Below, one piece after another: positions 52,511-61,578 of a stretch of DNA of 64,000 nucleotides; position 1 is the stretch's first letter; each line of letters begins with the position of its first letter. The position numbers and the translations under genes were made by a program. The DNA is from Ilumatobacteraceae bacterium (GTDB taxonomy: Bacteria; Actinomycetota; Acidimicrobiia; Acidimicrobiales; Ilumatobacteraceae), in the NCBI GenBank assembly GCA_046086305.1, contig JBJSXI010000044.1:9916-73915 (forward strand), read 5' to 3'. The notes under the pieces were generated by a model. The model was not told the origin of the DNA. It saw only the letters and a list, made by a program, of their open reading frames with translations, and did not search any database.

Positions 52511-53914
52511 GTGTCATCACCCACCGTCGCGTCCGTGATCAACGGCTCGCCTGCCCACGCCGCCGGCCTCGTCGTCGGCGATGTGATCTCGGCGGTGAAC
52601 GGGTTCGTCCCGCGTGACGTCATCGAGTGGCGGATGGCCGTCGACGAGGCCGAGGTGGCGCTCGAGGTCGTGCGCGGCGGGGTGGAGCGCCTCGTCGAGA
52701 TCTCCAAGCGTCCCGGCGAGCCGCTCGGCGCCGAGGTGTCGAGTGCGGTGTTCGACAGGGTCCGCACGTGCGACAACCACTGTGCGTTCTGCTTCATCCA
52801 CCAGCTGCCCAAGGGTCTGCGTCGCAGTCTGTACCTGAAGGACGACGACTACCGACTCAGCTTCCTCTACGGCAACTACACGACACTCACCCGCTTCACA
52901 GAGTCCGACCTCGAGCGCGTCGTGACCGAGCGGCTGTCTCCCATCAACGTGAGCATCCACACGACTGACCCCGACCTGCGCAGCTCGATCCTGCGGAATC
53001 CGAGAGGCGCAACGAGCTTGCGCTGGGTGCGTGCGCTGCTCGACCACGGGATCGAGGTTCGCGGCCAGATCGTGATCTGTCCCGGGGTGAACGATGGGTC
53101 CGTGCTCGAGTCGACCCTTGCCGGGGTGCTCGACGAGTACCCCGAGCTCCACTCCGTCGCCGTGGTGCCCCTCGGTCTCAGCCGCTACAACACCGAGCCG
53201 ACGATGCGCCTGCACACTGCCGCTGAGGCAGATTCCGTCGTCGACACGGTCGAGCGCTGGCAGGCGACGTTCCGGACACTGCTCGGGCGACGGATGGTGT
53301 TCGCCGCCGACGAGTACTACGTGATGACCGGCCGCGACTTCCCTCCTGCCGACGATTACGAGGGATTCGCCCTCCACGAGGACGGCATCGGCATGGCCAG
53401 GACTCTCGAGCTCGAGTTCCACGGTCGCGCCGATCAGGTCACCGGTACGCGTGCAGGGTTCTTCGCCTGGGTCGATGGTGCACCGCCCGAGGGGTACCGG
53501 GCACCGCGGAACCCGGCGGGCGACACCGGTCTGCACGCCTCGCGGCCCGCACGATCGACTGTCGTGGTGCGTCCTCGCCGCGGCGCGCCCGTCGGGGTGA
53601 TCACGGGGGAGATGGGTGCTGTCGTGCTTCGACCCCTGCTCGCCGACATTCCCGATGTGCGCGTCGTGCCGGTGCGCAACGACTTCTTCGGCGGGAACAC
53701 CGCAGTGACGGGTCTTCTCGTCGGTGCCGACATCGCCCGAGCCCTGCGCGAGGAACCCGAAGGGCATCGTTACCTGCTGCCCGATGTGTGTCTGAGCGAG
53801 GGGCGCTTCCTCGATGGCAGCCGAGTCGACGACCTGCCGCGTCACGTCGAGGTGGTGGCCACCGACGGAGCGGCACTGCGCAGTGCGCTGCTCGGAGACA
53901 TGGTGTCGGCATGA
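52511..53914 (+). CDS. DUF512 protein with N-terminal PDZ domain (radical-SAM-like Cys motif)
   Basis: PDZ-like GSPAHAAGLVVGDVISAVNG. CDNHCAFCF motif, followed by YLKDDDYRLSFLYGNYTTLT. Precedes der, as in many Gram-positives. Confidence 0.8.
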   Translation: MSSPTVASVINGSPAHAAGLVVGDVISAVNGFVPRDVIEWRMAVDEAEVALEVVRGGVERLVEISKRPGEPLGAEVSSAVFDRVRTCDNHCAFCFIHQLPKGLRRSLYLKDDDYRLSFLYGNYTTLTRFTESDLERVVTERLSPINVSIHTTDPDLRSSILRNPRGATSLRWVRALLDHGIEVRGQIVICPGVNDGSVLESTLAGVLDEYPELHSVAVVPLGLSRYNTEPTMRLHTAAEADSVVDTVERWQATFRTLLGRRMVFAADEYYVMTGRDFPPADDYEGFALHEDGIGMARTLELEFHGRADQVTGTRAGFFAWVDGAPPEGYRAPRNPAGDTGLHASRPARSTVVVRPRRGAPVGVITGEMGAVVLRPLLADIPDVRVVPVRNDFFGGNTAVTGLLVGADIARALREEPEGHRYLLPDVCLSEGRFLDGSRVDDLPRHVEVVATDGAALRSALLGDMVSA

Positions 53915-55248
53915 CGACCGAGCAACTCCCGGTGGTGGTCGTCGTCGGACGACCCAACGTCGGCAAGAGCACCCTGTTCAACCGGATCATCGGGGAACAG
54001 GTCGCCGTGGTCGAGGACCGGCCGGGGGTGACCCGTGACCGGAAGGAGCACGAGGCCGAGTGGCTCGGCCACCGGTTCCTCCTCGTCGACACAGGAGGAT
54101 GGCTCCCGGGTGGCTCCGATCTCGACGACAAGGTGAGTCGCCAGGTCGAGGTCGCAGTGCGGTCAGCCGATCTCGTCCTGTTCGTCGTCGACGCGGCGAT
54201 CGGCCTCACCGACGACGACGCGGCCATCGCTGCCTGGCTCCGCCGTACGGCGTGCCCCGTCATCGTCGTGGCCAACAAGGCCGACAACGAGCGACGCGAG
54301 AACGAGCGCTGGGAGTTCATGGCTCTCGGTCTCGGCGAGCCGCACCCGGTCAGCGCGCTGCACGGGCGACGCGCCGGCGACCTGCTCGACGATGTGATCG
54401 CCCGCCTGCCGGCGACGTCTGCGGTGTTCGAGGACGAGACCGACATCGAGGTCCCCGCACCGGCTGATGCAGTCAAGGCACCCCGCGTTGCCATCGTCGG
54501 TCGTCCGAATGTCGGCAAGAGCACACTGTTCAACCGACTCGTCGGCGAGGATCGCTCGGTCGTCCACGACATGGCCGGCACGACCCGCGACGCGATCGAC
54601 ACACTCGTCGACACCGAAGATGGCCCGATCGTCTTCGTCGATACTGCCGGGATGCGTCGTCGCAGCCGTATCGACGACTCGGCCGAGTACTACAGCACGG
54701 TTCGCGCCCTGCGCGCGATCGACGATGCCGATGTTGCCCTGCTCGTCATCGATGCAACCGAGGGGGTGACGAGCCAGGATCAACGACTCGCAGAGCGTGT
54801 GGACGCATCCGGCTGTCCGATCGTCGTCATGCTCAACAAGTGGGAGTTGCTCGACGATCCCGAGCGGCGCGCCGATGTTGCGGCCGAGGTCGAGCGCAAG
54901 TTGGCGTTCGTCGGTGAGGCACCGATCCTCAAGATCTCCGCACTCACCGGCAAGGGCGTGCACCGACTTCGGGCGGTTCTGCAGGAGGCGATCGAGCAGT
55001 ACCACCGACGCGTGCCGACCCGCGACGTCAACCGGGTGATCGCCGACGCCCAGCAGCGCCAGCCCGCTGGCCACGGTCTGAAGGTGCTGTATGCACTGCA
55101 GGGCGCGACCGATCCGCCGACGTTCACCCTCTTCGTCAACCGTGAGATCCCCGCCCCCTACCTGCGGTACCTCGAGCGGAGCATCCGAGAGGCGTTCAAC
55201 TTCGGGAACACGCCGATCAAGCTGCGCGTGCGCAAGCGGAACGAGTAG
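53911..55248 (+). CDS. der: ribosome-biogenesis GTPase Der (EngA), tandem G domains + KH-like domain
   Basis: ATGA overlap with the upstream stop. Two copies of GRPNVGKSTLFNR and two DTGG/DTAG motifs. Confidence 0.92.
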   Translation: MTTEQLPVVVVVGRPNVGKSTLFNRIIGEQVAVVEDRPGVTRDRKEHEAEWLGHRFLLVDTGGWLPGGSDLDDKVSRQVEVAVRSADLVLFVVDAAIGLTDDDAAIAAWLRRTACPVIVVANKADNERRENERWEFMALGLGEPHPVSALHGRRAGDLLDDVIARLPATSAVFEDETDIEVPAPADAVKAPRVAIVGRPNVGKSTLFNRLVGEDRSVVHDMAGTTRDAIDTLVDTEDGPIVFVDTAGMRRRSRIDDSAEYYSTVRALRAIDDADVALLVIDATEGVTSQDQRLAERVDASGCPIVVMLNKWELLDDPERRADVAAEVERKLAFVGEAPILKISALTGKGVHRLRAVLQEAIEQYHRRVPTRDVNRVIADAQQRQPAGHGLKVLYALQGATDPPTFTLFVNREIPAPYLRYLERSIREAFNFGNTPIKLRVRKRNE

Positions 55249-55252
55249 TCCC

Positions 55253-55513
55253 ATGCCGTGGTGCGAGCCCTGCTCGAAGTACCTCACCCCCTCGGCGATG
55301 AACGAGGACGGCACGTGCCCGTCGTGCGGCGCGGCGCCCTCGGCCACCACGGTGAATGCCCCGCCCGTCACGCCGAGAAACCTCGATATTCGGCGGCTCG
55401 CCGCAGGTGAGGAAGGCGATCTCGACGACGTCCGGGCGCCGTGGCACTTCAAGGTGCTCGTCACACTCCTGGTCCTGTATCTCGGTTGGCGGATCGTCGA
55501 CCTCTTCGTCTGA
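55253..55513 (+). CDS. small zinc-ribbon membrane protein (86 aa)
   Basis: CEPC...CPSCG Zn ribbon, acidic linker and a C-terminal TM segment FKVLVTLLVLYLGWRIVDLF. Starts 5 nt after the der stop. Confidence 0.5.
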   Translation: MPWCEPCSKYLTPSAMNEDGTCPSCGAAPSATTVNAPPVTPRNLDIRRLAAGEEGDLDDVRAPWHFKVLVTLLVLYLGWRIVDLFV

Positions 55514-55567
55514 CGGCCGGGCGAGGCGCCATGGGCGCGAAACGGTAGAGTCCACGCCGGTCAAGAA

Positions 55568-55645
55568 CGGGCTGTGGCGCAGCTTGGTTAGCGCGCTTGT
55601 CTGGGGGACAAGAGGTCGTGGGTTCGAATCCCGCCAGCCCGACCA
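55568..55645 (+). tRNA. tRNA-Pro (anticodon GGG), CCA encoded
   Basis: Folded by hand. Acceptor CGGGCTG/CAGCCCG, D stem GCGC/GCGC, anticodon stem CTTGT/ACAAG with loop CTGGGGG (GGG at positions 34-36, G37), T arm GTGGG-TTCGAAT-CCCGC, discriminator A, then CCA. Confidence 0.9.
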
Positions 55646-56331
55646 TGTGCGGACGAGTCGTCGCCGCGAACTCGGCGGCCGAACTGGCTGCCGTCTTCGA
55701 GGCGTCGCCGCCCGATCACGAGCTTCCGTTGCGGTACAACATTGCGCCGACGAGCGACATCTACGGCATCGTCGGCGGGGCAGAGCGGGCGATCGAGATC
55801 TTCCGCTGGGGCCTTGTTCCCTCATGGGTGGACAGCCCGTCGATCGGTTCGAAGATGATCAATGCACGAGCAGAGACGCTCGCCGAGAAGCGCTCGTTCG
55901 CCCCCTTGCTGCGAAGTCGACGTCTCCTCGTGCCGATGACGGGCTTCTACGAATGGCGACGCAGCGCCGACCGCGGTCAGCGACCACAGCCGTTCTTCAT
56001 CCACCGCGCCGACGGCACACCGCTGGCCGCGGCCGGGCTGTGGACGACATGGCGGGACGGGAGCGCCGGTGACGCCGCTCCCGTCCTGCACACCTGCACG
56101 ATCATCACGACGGCAGCCAACGCCACCATGAGCGCGGTTCACGATCGCATGCCTGCCGTTCTTGAGCGCGACGACTGGCAACTGTGGCTCGATCCCGAGG
56201 TGGGTGATCCGGCCGACGTGCTCCCGCTCCTGATCCCAGCCGCCGAGGGCATCTTGGAGATGCGCGCTGTCAGCGCCGATGTGAACAGCGTTCGCAACGA
56301 CCGTCCCGATCTCATCAACCCTTGTCCTTGA
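55645..56331 (+). CDS. SOS-response-associated peptidase (SRAP/YedK/HMCES family) abasic-site DNA-protein crosslinking protein
   Basis: Begins MCGR (obligatory Cys2). YNIAPT, MINARAETLAEKRSF, FYEW and HDRMP motifs. The ATG shares its A with the tRNA terminal A. Confidence 0.85.
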   Translation: MCGRVVAANSAAELAAVFEASPPDHELPLRYNIAPTSDIYGIVGGAERAIEIFRWGLVPSWVDSPSIGSKMINARAETLAEKRSFAPLLRSRRLLVPMTGFYEWRRSADRGQRPQPFFIHRADGTPLAAAGLWTTWRDGSAGDAAPVLHTCTIITTAANATMSAVHDRMPAVLERDDWQLWLDPEVGDPADVLPLLIPAAEGILEMRAVSADVNSVRNDRPDLINPCP

Positions 56332-56379
56332 GAGAGTCCTACACGTCGTCTCCCCAGGCGAACACGTCATCGCGGCAAA

Positions 56380-56400
56380 GTCTCGGTCTGCCGCCGAGAC
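56380..56400 (+). terminator. 7-bp stem / 7-nt loop hairpin downstream of the SRAP gene
   Basis: GTCTCGG-TCTGCCG-CCGAGAC, 49 nt after the stop, followed by the T-rich stretch TTGATGATTTGTT. Confidence 0.4.
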
Positions 56401-56435
56401 AACTCGGCCATTGATGATTTGTTACCGTTCAGTCG

Positions 56436-57914
56436 ATGTGGCCACCGGTCTGGTACCTCGCCGACTTCGTGGCTCGATCGGGGGGACCGACACCTCCGGA
56501 CCCCGTTGCGCCGCCGGCGTCTCGTCGCGACAACGTCCGCGAGGCCCTCGACGATGTGTACGCATCAGCCACGTGGAGGACCGGACGGTTCGTCCTCGGA
56601 TCGGTGTCGTGGATCGGACGACTCCTCCGCGGCAGACGCTCGCCTGCCCCCGTGCGACTTCGTGTCCATCAACTGTGGCCCGCGGTGCGCGGCACGGCGA
56701 GCAGTCGTGCGAAGCACTCGACGACGACCGAAGTGAGTCTGATGATCGGCAGTGTCGAGGCGGCACGAATCTCGGTCGAGGTGCCCCGCAGAGCCCGAGC
56801 CGCATTCGAAATCCCGTACCCGATCATGCCGTTCCCGATCGATCTGTCACGGGTCCGAGTCGCCGGCAGACCCGACCCCACGGCACGCCGTCGAGGACTC
56901 GACCGCGATCTCCAGCGCCTGACCAGGGTCGTGACACCGGCCGAGATCGCCGATGCCTCGATCCGATCGGTCATCGGCGACGAGACAGGGCTGCGCACAT
57001 CCGTCGGCGCCGGCGCACCGGTGGCCCTCGTCTCGACGTTCCGGCCGCCGGGCCGATCACCCGCACACCTCGTGCATCTCCTCACCGAACTGCGCACGTG
57101 TGGCTTTCGGGTGGTCGTCGTCGATACCTCCGATGAAGCGTTTTTCGACCCGGAGTTGACCGACCTCACCGTTCACCGTCACAACAGCGGCTGGGACTTC
57201 GCGTCGTGGGTAACCACGCTCCGTCACGTGCCGTGGCTCATGACGGAGCCAACCCGCATCCTGCTCGTCAACGACAGTTGCTACGGGCCCGTGCGTCCAC
57301 TCCATCGGCTCTTCGAGATGGGGGATGCGCTCGGCGTCGACGCGTGGGGCCTCACCGACTCGTGGGACATCGATCACCACATCCAGAGCTACTTCCTCGT
57401 TCTCGACAGGCGGGTCATCAGCCACGGTGCGCTTGCGCGATTCGTCGACGGCTACACCTTTCCCGCTGCGAAGGGCGACATCATCCATGAGGCCGAGGTC
57501 GCCTTCACACGTACGTTGCGCGCCGATGGGTTGACGGTCGCCGCAGTGTTCGATGTCGAGCGGGTCATGCACGAGCATCTCGCCGGGCTCTCATCGCGGC
57601 TCGACGAGCTCGCGGCGCTCCCCGAGAATCGACACCGCACCGACCTCGGCAGGAGCGCCGACTCCTACGAGCTCGTGCATGCACTGCTCGTCGCCGATGC
57701 CGTTCGGCGCATGGAGGCGGTGAACCCCACACATCTCCTGTGGGACACGCTGATCGACCTCGGGTTCCCCTTCGTCAAACGAGAACTCGTGATGAAGAAT
57801 CCGCTCGGCGTTCCGTTTCACCGAACCCTGCGCTCGAAACTCGCGAACGATGCCGTCTTCGAGATGGTCCGAGCGGACCTCAGGAGTCTTGGGCAGCACC
57901 ACTCGGGCGCGTGA
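56436..57914 (+). CDS. rhamnan-synthesis protein F (RgpF)-family glycosyltransferase
   Basis: GWDFASWVT, LLVNDSCYGP, SYFLVLDRRV and NPTHLLWDTLIDLGFPFVKRELV match my memory of the RgpF family pattern. Confidence 0.7.
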   Translation: MWPPVWYLADFVARSGGPTPPDPVAPPASRRDNVREALDDVYASATWRTGRFVLGSVSWIGRLLRGRRSPAPVRLRVHQLWPAVRGTASSRAKHSTTTEVSLMIGSVEAARISVEVPRRARAAFEIPYPIMPFPIDLSRVRVAGRPDPTARRRGLDRDLQRLTRVVTPAEIADASIRSVIGDETGLRTSVGAGAPVALVSTFRPPGRSPAHLVHLLTELRTCGFRVVVVDTSDEAFFDPELTDLTVHRHNSGWDFASWVTTLRHVPWLMTEPTRILLVNDSCYGPVRPLHRLFEMGDALGVDAWGLTDSWDIDHHIQSYFLVLDRRVISHGALARFVDGYTFPAAKGDIIHEAEVAFTRTLRADGLTVAAVFDVERVMHEHLAGLSSRLDELAALPENRHRTDLGRSADSYELVHALLVADAVRRMEAVNPTHLLWDTLIDLGFPFVKRELVMKNPLGVPFHRTLRSKLANDAVFEMVRADLRSLGQHHSGA

Positions 57915-58302
57915 TCACGGAGCGGATCGCTGCGGCGACTCGGTCGAGGTCGGCGCGATCGACAGAACCGGCAGCATTCGCGAAGTCGAGTTGACGCATC
58001 GACGTCGTCGGCACGACGTGGATGTGCGCGTGTGGCACCTCGTATCCGGCAACGATCAGACCAACGCGCTCACACTGGAACACCGCCTGCTGGGCCCGGC
58101 CGACCCGATGGGCCACTTCGAACACATGGGCGGCGAGATCGCTCGGCATGTCGATCCAGTGGTCGATCTCGGCGATCGGCACCACGAGGGTGTGGCCGGG
58201 TGCGAGTGGATTGATCGACAGGAACGCCACACACTGGTCGTCACGGTGGACAAAGGCACCGGGAATCTCACCGTCGATGATCCTCGTGAAGATCGTCGGC
58301 AT
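57880..58302 (-). CDS. HIT-family nucleotide hydrolase/transferase
   Basis: MPTIFTRIIDGEIPG, PLAPGHTLVVP and the histidine triad HAHIHVVP. The 3' end overlaps the RgpF 3' end by 35 nt. Confidence 0.85.
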   Translation of the reverse strand: MPTIFTRIIDGEIPGAFVHRDDQCVAFLSINPLAPGHTLVVPIAEIDHWIDMPSDLAAHVFEVAHRVGRAQQAVFQCERVGLIVAGYEVPHAHIHVVPTTSMRQLDFANAAGSVDRADLDRVAAAIRSVITRPSGAAQDS

Positions 58303-59114
58303 CAGCTGTGACCCCCGGAAGCGGTGAACACGTCGCCGCAGCAGTAGCTGGCTTCGGGTCCGGCGAGGAATCGGACGAGTTCGGCGAGTTCGTCCGGTGC
58401 AGCGAACCGGCCGGCGGGGATCTGTGCCTCGATGCTGGACCTGACGACCGGATCGAACGGGGCCAGTAACGGGGTGTCGACCCAGCCGGGGCACACCGCG
58501 TTCACCCGCACACCGAACGGCGCCACCTCCTGGCCTGCGCTGCGCGTGAGGGAGATGATCCCCGCCTTGGCAACCGAGTAGCTCACCGCCGCAGGGGAGG
58601 GGCGCAGTCCGAGAACTGACGAAACGTTCACGATGGCGCCACGGCGGGCCGGTGTCATGTGACGGAGCGCCGCCCGTGTGCCATGGAACGTGCCGTAGAG
58701 ATGGACCTTGAGCATCCGGTCCCAATCGGCATTAGACAGTCCGACCGTGAAGTCCGTCGGCGCGACATCGGCAAGGTTTCCGGTGAGTCGCGCCATCTGG
58801 TTGGCGATCATCAACTCGGTCTGGCGTGGCTCGTGTACCGGCGCGATACCGGCGTTGTTGACGACGATGTCGATCCGCCCGTGACGGTCGACCGCACCAT
58901 CGACCGCTGCGTCGAACGCTGCTGCATCCGCGACATCGAAGATCGCCGCCTCACCGCCGACCTCGTGTGCAACGTCGGTCGCGTTGTCCGCATCGATGTC
59001 ATTCACGATGACATGGGCACCGTCGCGCGCAAGTCGTCGGGCGAATGCGGCGCCGAGACCTGATCCTGCACCCGTGACGAGAGCGATCTGTCCGGTCAAT
59101 GCGTTCGGCGTCAT
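58302..59114 (-). CDS. short-chain dehydrogenase/reductase (SDR)
   Basis: TGAGSGLG, NNAG, the catalytic YSVAK and PGWVDTP. Confidence 0.85.
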   Translation of the reverse strand: MTPNALTGQIALVTGAGSGLGAAFARRLARDGAHVIVNDIDADNATDVAHEVGGEAAIFDVADAAAFDAAVDGAVDRHGRIDIVVNNAGIAPVHEPRQTELMIANQMARLTGNLADVAPTDFTVGLSNADWDRMLKVHLYGTFHGTRAALRHMTPARRGAIVNVSSVLGLRPSPAAVSYSVAKAGIISLTRSAGQEVAPFGVRVNAVCPGWVDTPLLAPFDPVVRSSIEAQIPAGRFAAPDELAELVRFLAGPEASYCCGDVFTASGGHS

Positions 59115-59171
59115 CTCGCGAAGCGTACTGGCACGCCCGAGGCCGGTGGATGCCCCGACTACGCTCGCACC

Positions 59172-59795
59172 ATGGACCCGACTGCCGACGTCGGCACCGT
59201 CGACGAACGGCTGTCGACGCACGAATACCTCACGTGGCCGAACCTCGTGACGCTCGTTCGACTGTGCTGTCTGCCGATCTTCGTGTGGCTGCTCTTCGGA
59301 CGCGACTCGCGCACGGGTGCCGGCCTCATTCTCGGTGCCCTCGGCGCAACCGACTGGGTCGACGGTTGGATCGCCCGACGCTTCGGTCAGGTCAGCGAAT
59401 TCGGTCGCAAGTTCGACCCGACTGCCGATCGCCTGGTGTTCATCGTCGGGGTGGCAGCGATCCTCGTCGACGGCTCAGCTCCGGCGTGGTTCTGCTGGCT
59501 CGTCGTCGCTCGAGAGGTCCTCGTCGGTGGCACCGTTGCCGTGGCCACCCTCGCATTCGGTATGCCGCGTTTCGACGTCACCTGGTGGGGGAAGACGGCC
59601 ACCTTCCTCCTGATGTTCACCTTCCCCGGGTTCATGCTCGGTGCGGCAGAAGCCTGGTTCAGTACGTTCTTCGAGGTTTCTGCGTGGGTGCTCGGCATCC
59701 CCGGCCTGGCCCTCAGCCTGTTCACGGCCGTGGCCTACGTGCCGGTGATCCGTGGCGCCCTGCGGGCCGGACGCCACGGCACCAGCGACGACTAG
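59172..59795 (+). CDS. CDP-alcohol phosphatidyltransferase (PgsA/cardiolipin-synthase-type)
   Basis: DWVDGWIARRFGQVSEFGRKFDPTADRL matches D-x2-DG-x2-AR-x8-G-x3-D-x3-D. Multiple TM segments. Confidence 0.85.
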   Translation: MDPTADVGTVDERLSTHEYLTWPNLVTLVRLCCLPIFVWLLFGRDSRTGAGLILGALGATDWVDGWIARRFGQVSEFGRKFDPTADRLVFIVGVAAILVDGSAPAWFCWLVVAREVLVGGTVAVATLAFGMPRFDVTWWGKTATFLLMFTFPGFMLGAAEAWFSTFFEVSAWVLGIPGLALSLFTAVAYVPVIRGALRAGRHGTSDD

Positions 59796-59804
59796 GGTGG
59801 TCGC

Positions 59805-60185
59805 ATGCAGATTCCCGCGGATCTCCGCTACTCGAACGATCACGAGTGGGTGCGCGTGACCGGCACGACTGCCCGGGTGGGCATCACCGACTACGCACAG
59901 GACGCACTCGGCGACGTCGTCTACGTCGACCCGCCGGCAGCCGGATCGAAGGTCACCGCCGGCCAGCGATTCGGCGAGGTCGAGAGCACCAAGTCGGTGA
60001 GCGACCTGTTCGCACCGGTGTCCGGCACCGTGCTGCGGGTGAACGACGCCGTGGCTGGAGGGCCCGACGTCCTCAACCGCGATCCCTACGGGGACGGCTG
60101 GTTGTGCGAGATCGAGATGTCGTCGCCGGGTGAGGTCGACAACCTCCTCGACGCCGACGCGTACCGTCGTCTCATCGAGGGCTGA
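59805..60185 (+). CDS. gcvH: glycine cleavage system protein H
   Basis: YSNDHEWVR, GITDYAQDALGDVVYV and the lipoyl-lysine motif EVESTKSVSDL. Confidence 0.93.
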   Translation: MQIPADLRYSNDHEWVRVTGTTARVGITDYAQDALGDVVYVDPPAAGSKVTAGQRFGEVESTKSVSDLFAPVSGTVLRVNDAVAGGPDVLNRDPYGDGWLCEIEMSSPGEVDNLLDADAYRRLIEG

Positions 60186-60224
60186 GCGACCGGCGCTCCC
60201 AGCCGGGCCAGTAGTCTTGCCCCG

Positions 60225-60710
60225 ATGGCGCTCGTGTTCTGCAACCACTGCGGTCACCGAAACCCGCCAGAGTCGTCGTTCTGCTCGTCGTGCGGCGGCG
60301 TCCTCGACTCGGTCGACGACCACACCGTCACCATTGCCAAGGTCGATCCGCTGCTCGATGCCGCCGGACCCGATGACGACGTGACGATCCGTCTCGGAGA
60401 CCTGCCGAGTGGCCTCGGATCACTCGTCGTGCGCAATGGCCCACAGGCCGGCACAGCCCTGTCGCTCGTCGCCCGGGTCACCCGACTCGGACGGCACCCC
60501 GAGAACGAGATCAGCCTCGACGACATCACCGTGTCCCGTCGGCACGCCGAGGTCGAGCGCACCTCGAACGGCTACCGCGTCCGTGACGCCGGATCGCTCA
60601 ACGGCACCTATGTCAACGGTCGTCGGGTCGATGAGGCGATGCTGAAGCACGGTGACGAGCTGCAGGTCGGCAAGTTCCGACTCATCTTCTTCTCCAGGGC
60701 CGGCGAGTGA
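60225..60710 (+). CDS. FHA-domain protein with N-terminal zinc ribbon (in the GarA/OdhI genomic position)
   Basis: CNHCGH...CSSCG ribbon. FHA core TRLGRHPENEISLDDITVSRRHAEV...DAGSLNGTYVNG...GDELQVGKFRL. Confidence 0.85.
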   Translation: MALVFCNHCGHRNPPESSFCSSCGGVLDSVDDHTVTIAKVDPLLDAAGPDDDVTIRLGDLPSGLGSLVVRNGPQAGTALSLVARVTRLGRHPENEISLDDITVSRRHAEVERTSNGYRVRDAGSLNGTYVNGRRVDEAMLKHGDELQVGKFRLIFFSRAGE

Positions 60711-61540
60711 GTCTCTCCGAGCGCCCCTATCTGTCGATCGGTGAGGTCCTCGGCCTCCTCCTCGAGGAGTTTCCCGACGTCACGATCTCCAAGATCCGCT
60801 TCCTCGAGAGCCAGGGACTCATCGACCCCGAGCGCACCCCGTCGGGTTATCGCAAGTTCTACGACCCCGACATCGAGCGGCTCCGCGTCATCCTCCGGGA
60901 GCAGCGCCAGAACTTCCTCCCGCTGCGCGTGATCCGCGATCGACTCGAGAGCGGCGAGATCGACGACACCGGAGGACACACACCACCGCGGGGTATCCCG
61001 CTCGACGACAGTGGTCCTCATGGTCGGCCCGCGCTCACCGAGGTCGACACGGCACACCATCCGGCAGCGCGTGTCATCCCGCCGCCAGCCTCGACGAATC
61101 CCGCCGCACAGTTCTTCGCGCCGTCCGGCGGAGTTGCACCCTCGGTGATCGGGGAGGAGCGCAACGAGTACACCGCGGGCGACATCTGCGCCCTCGGACG
61201 CGTCACCGCGAAACAGTTGTCCGAACTCGAGTCGTTCGGCATCGTGTCGCCGCGGGGGACCGGGTCGGGAGCCGTCTACAGTCCCACCGATCTGGCGATC
61301 GTCGTTGCCGCAGGACGGTTCCTCGAGCGTGGGATCGAGCCGCGTCACCTGCGCGGATGGCGTCAGGCCGCCGAGCGCGAGGCTGCGCTGTTCGAACAGT
61401 TGGTGTCCCCCCTCATGCGTCAGCGGAACCCCCAGAGCCGCCAACAGGCTGCCGCCACCTTGGCCGATCTCGCCTCGGTCGGGGCCGAGTTGAGGTCGGC
61501 ACTGATCGACTCGCTGCTCGAGCCGCACCTCGACACCTGA
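60707..61540 (+). CDS. MerR-family transcriptional regulator (Rv1828-like, long C-terminal domain)
   Basis: GTGA overlap with the FHA stop. LSIGEVLGLLLEEFPDVTISKIRFLESQGLIDPERTPSGYRKF helix-turn-helix plus wing. Confidence 0.82.
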   Translation: MSLSERPYLSIGEVLGLLLEEFPDVTISKIRFLESQGLIDPERTPSGYRKFYDPDIERLRVILREQRQNFLPLRVIRDRLESGEIDDTGGHTPPRGIPLDDSGPHGRPALTEVDTAHHPAARVIPPPASTNPAAQFFAPSGGVAPSVIGEERNEYTAGDICALGRVTAKQLSELESFGIVSPRGTGSGAVYSPTDLAIVVAAGRFLERGIEPRHLRGWRQAAEREAALFEQLVSPLMRQRNPQSRQQAAATLADLASVGAELRSALIDSLLEPHLDT

Positions 61541-61578
61541 TCCGCTTCGACGGCGTTACCATCGTCGTCGTGGTCCCG

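Noticed and set aside
55646-57990. tRNA-Pro as the attachment site of an integrated element (SRAP + RgpF)
   Set aside because: I found no downstream direct repeat of the tRNA 3' end, no integrase, and native-looking GC content. I kept only a weak remark under the RgpF finding.
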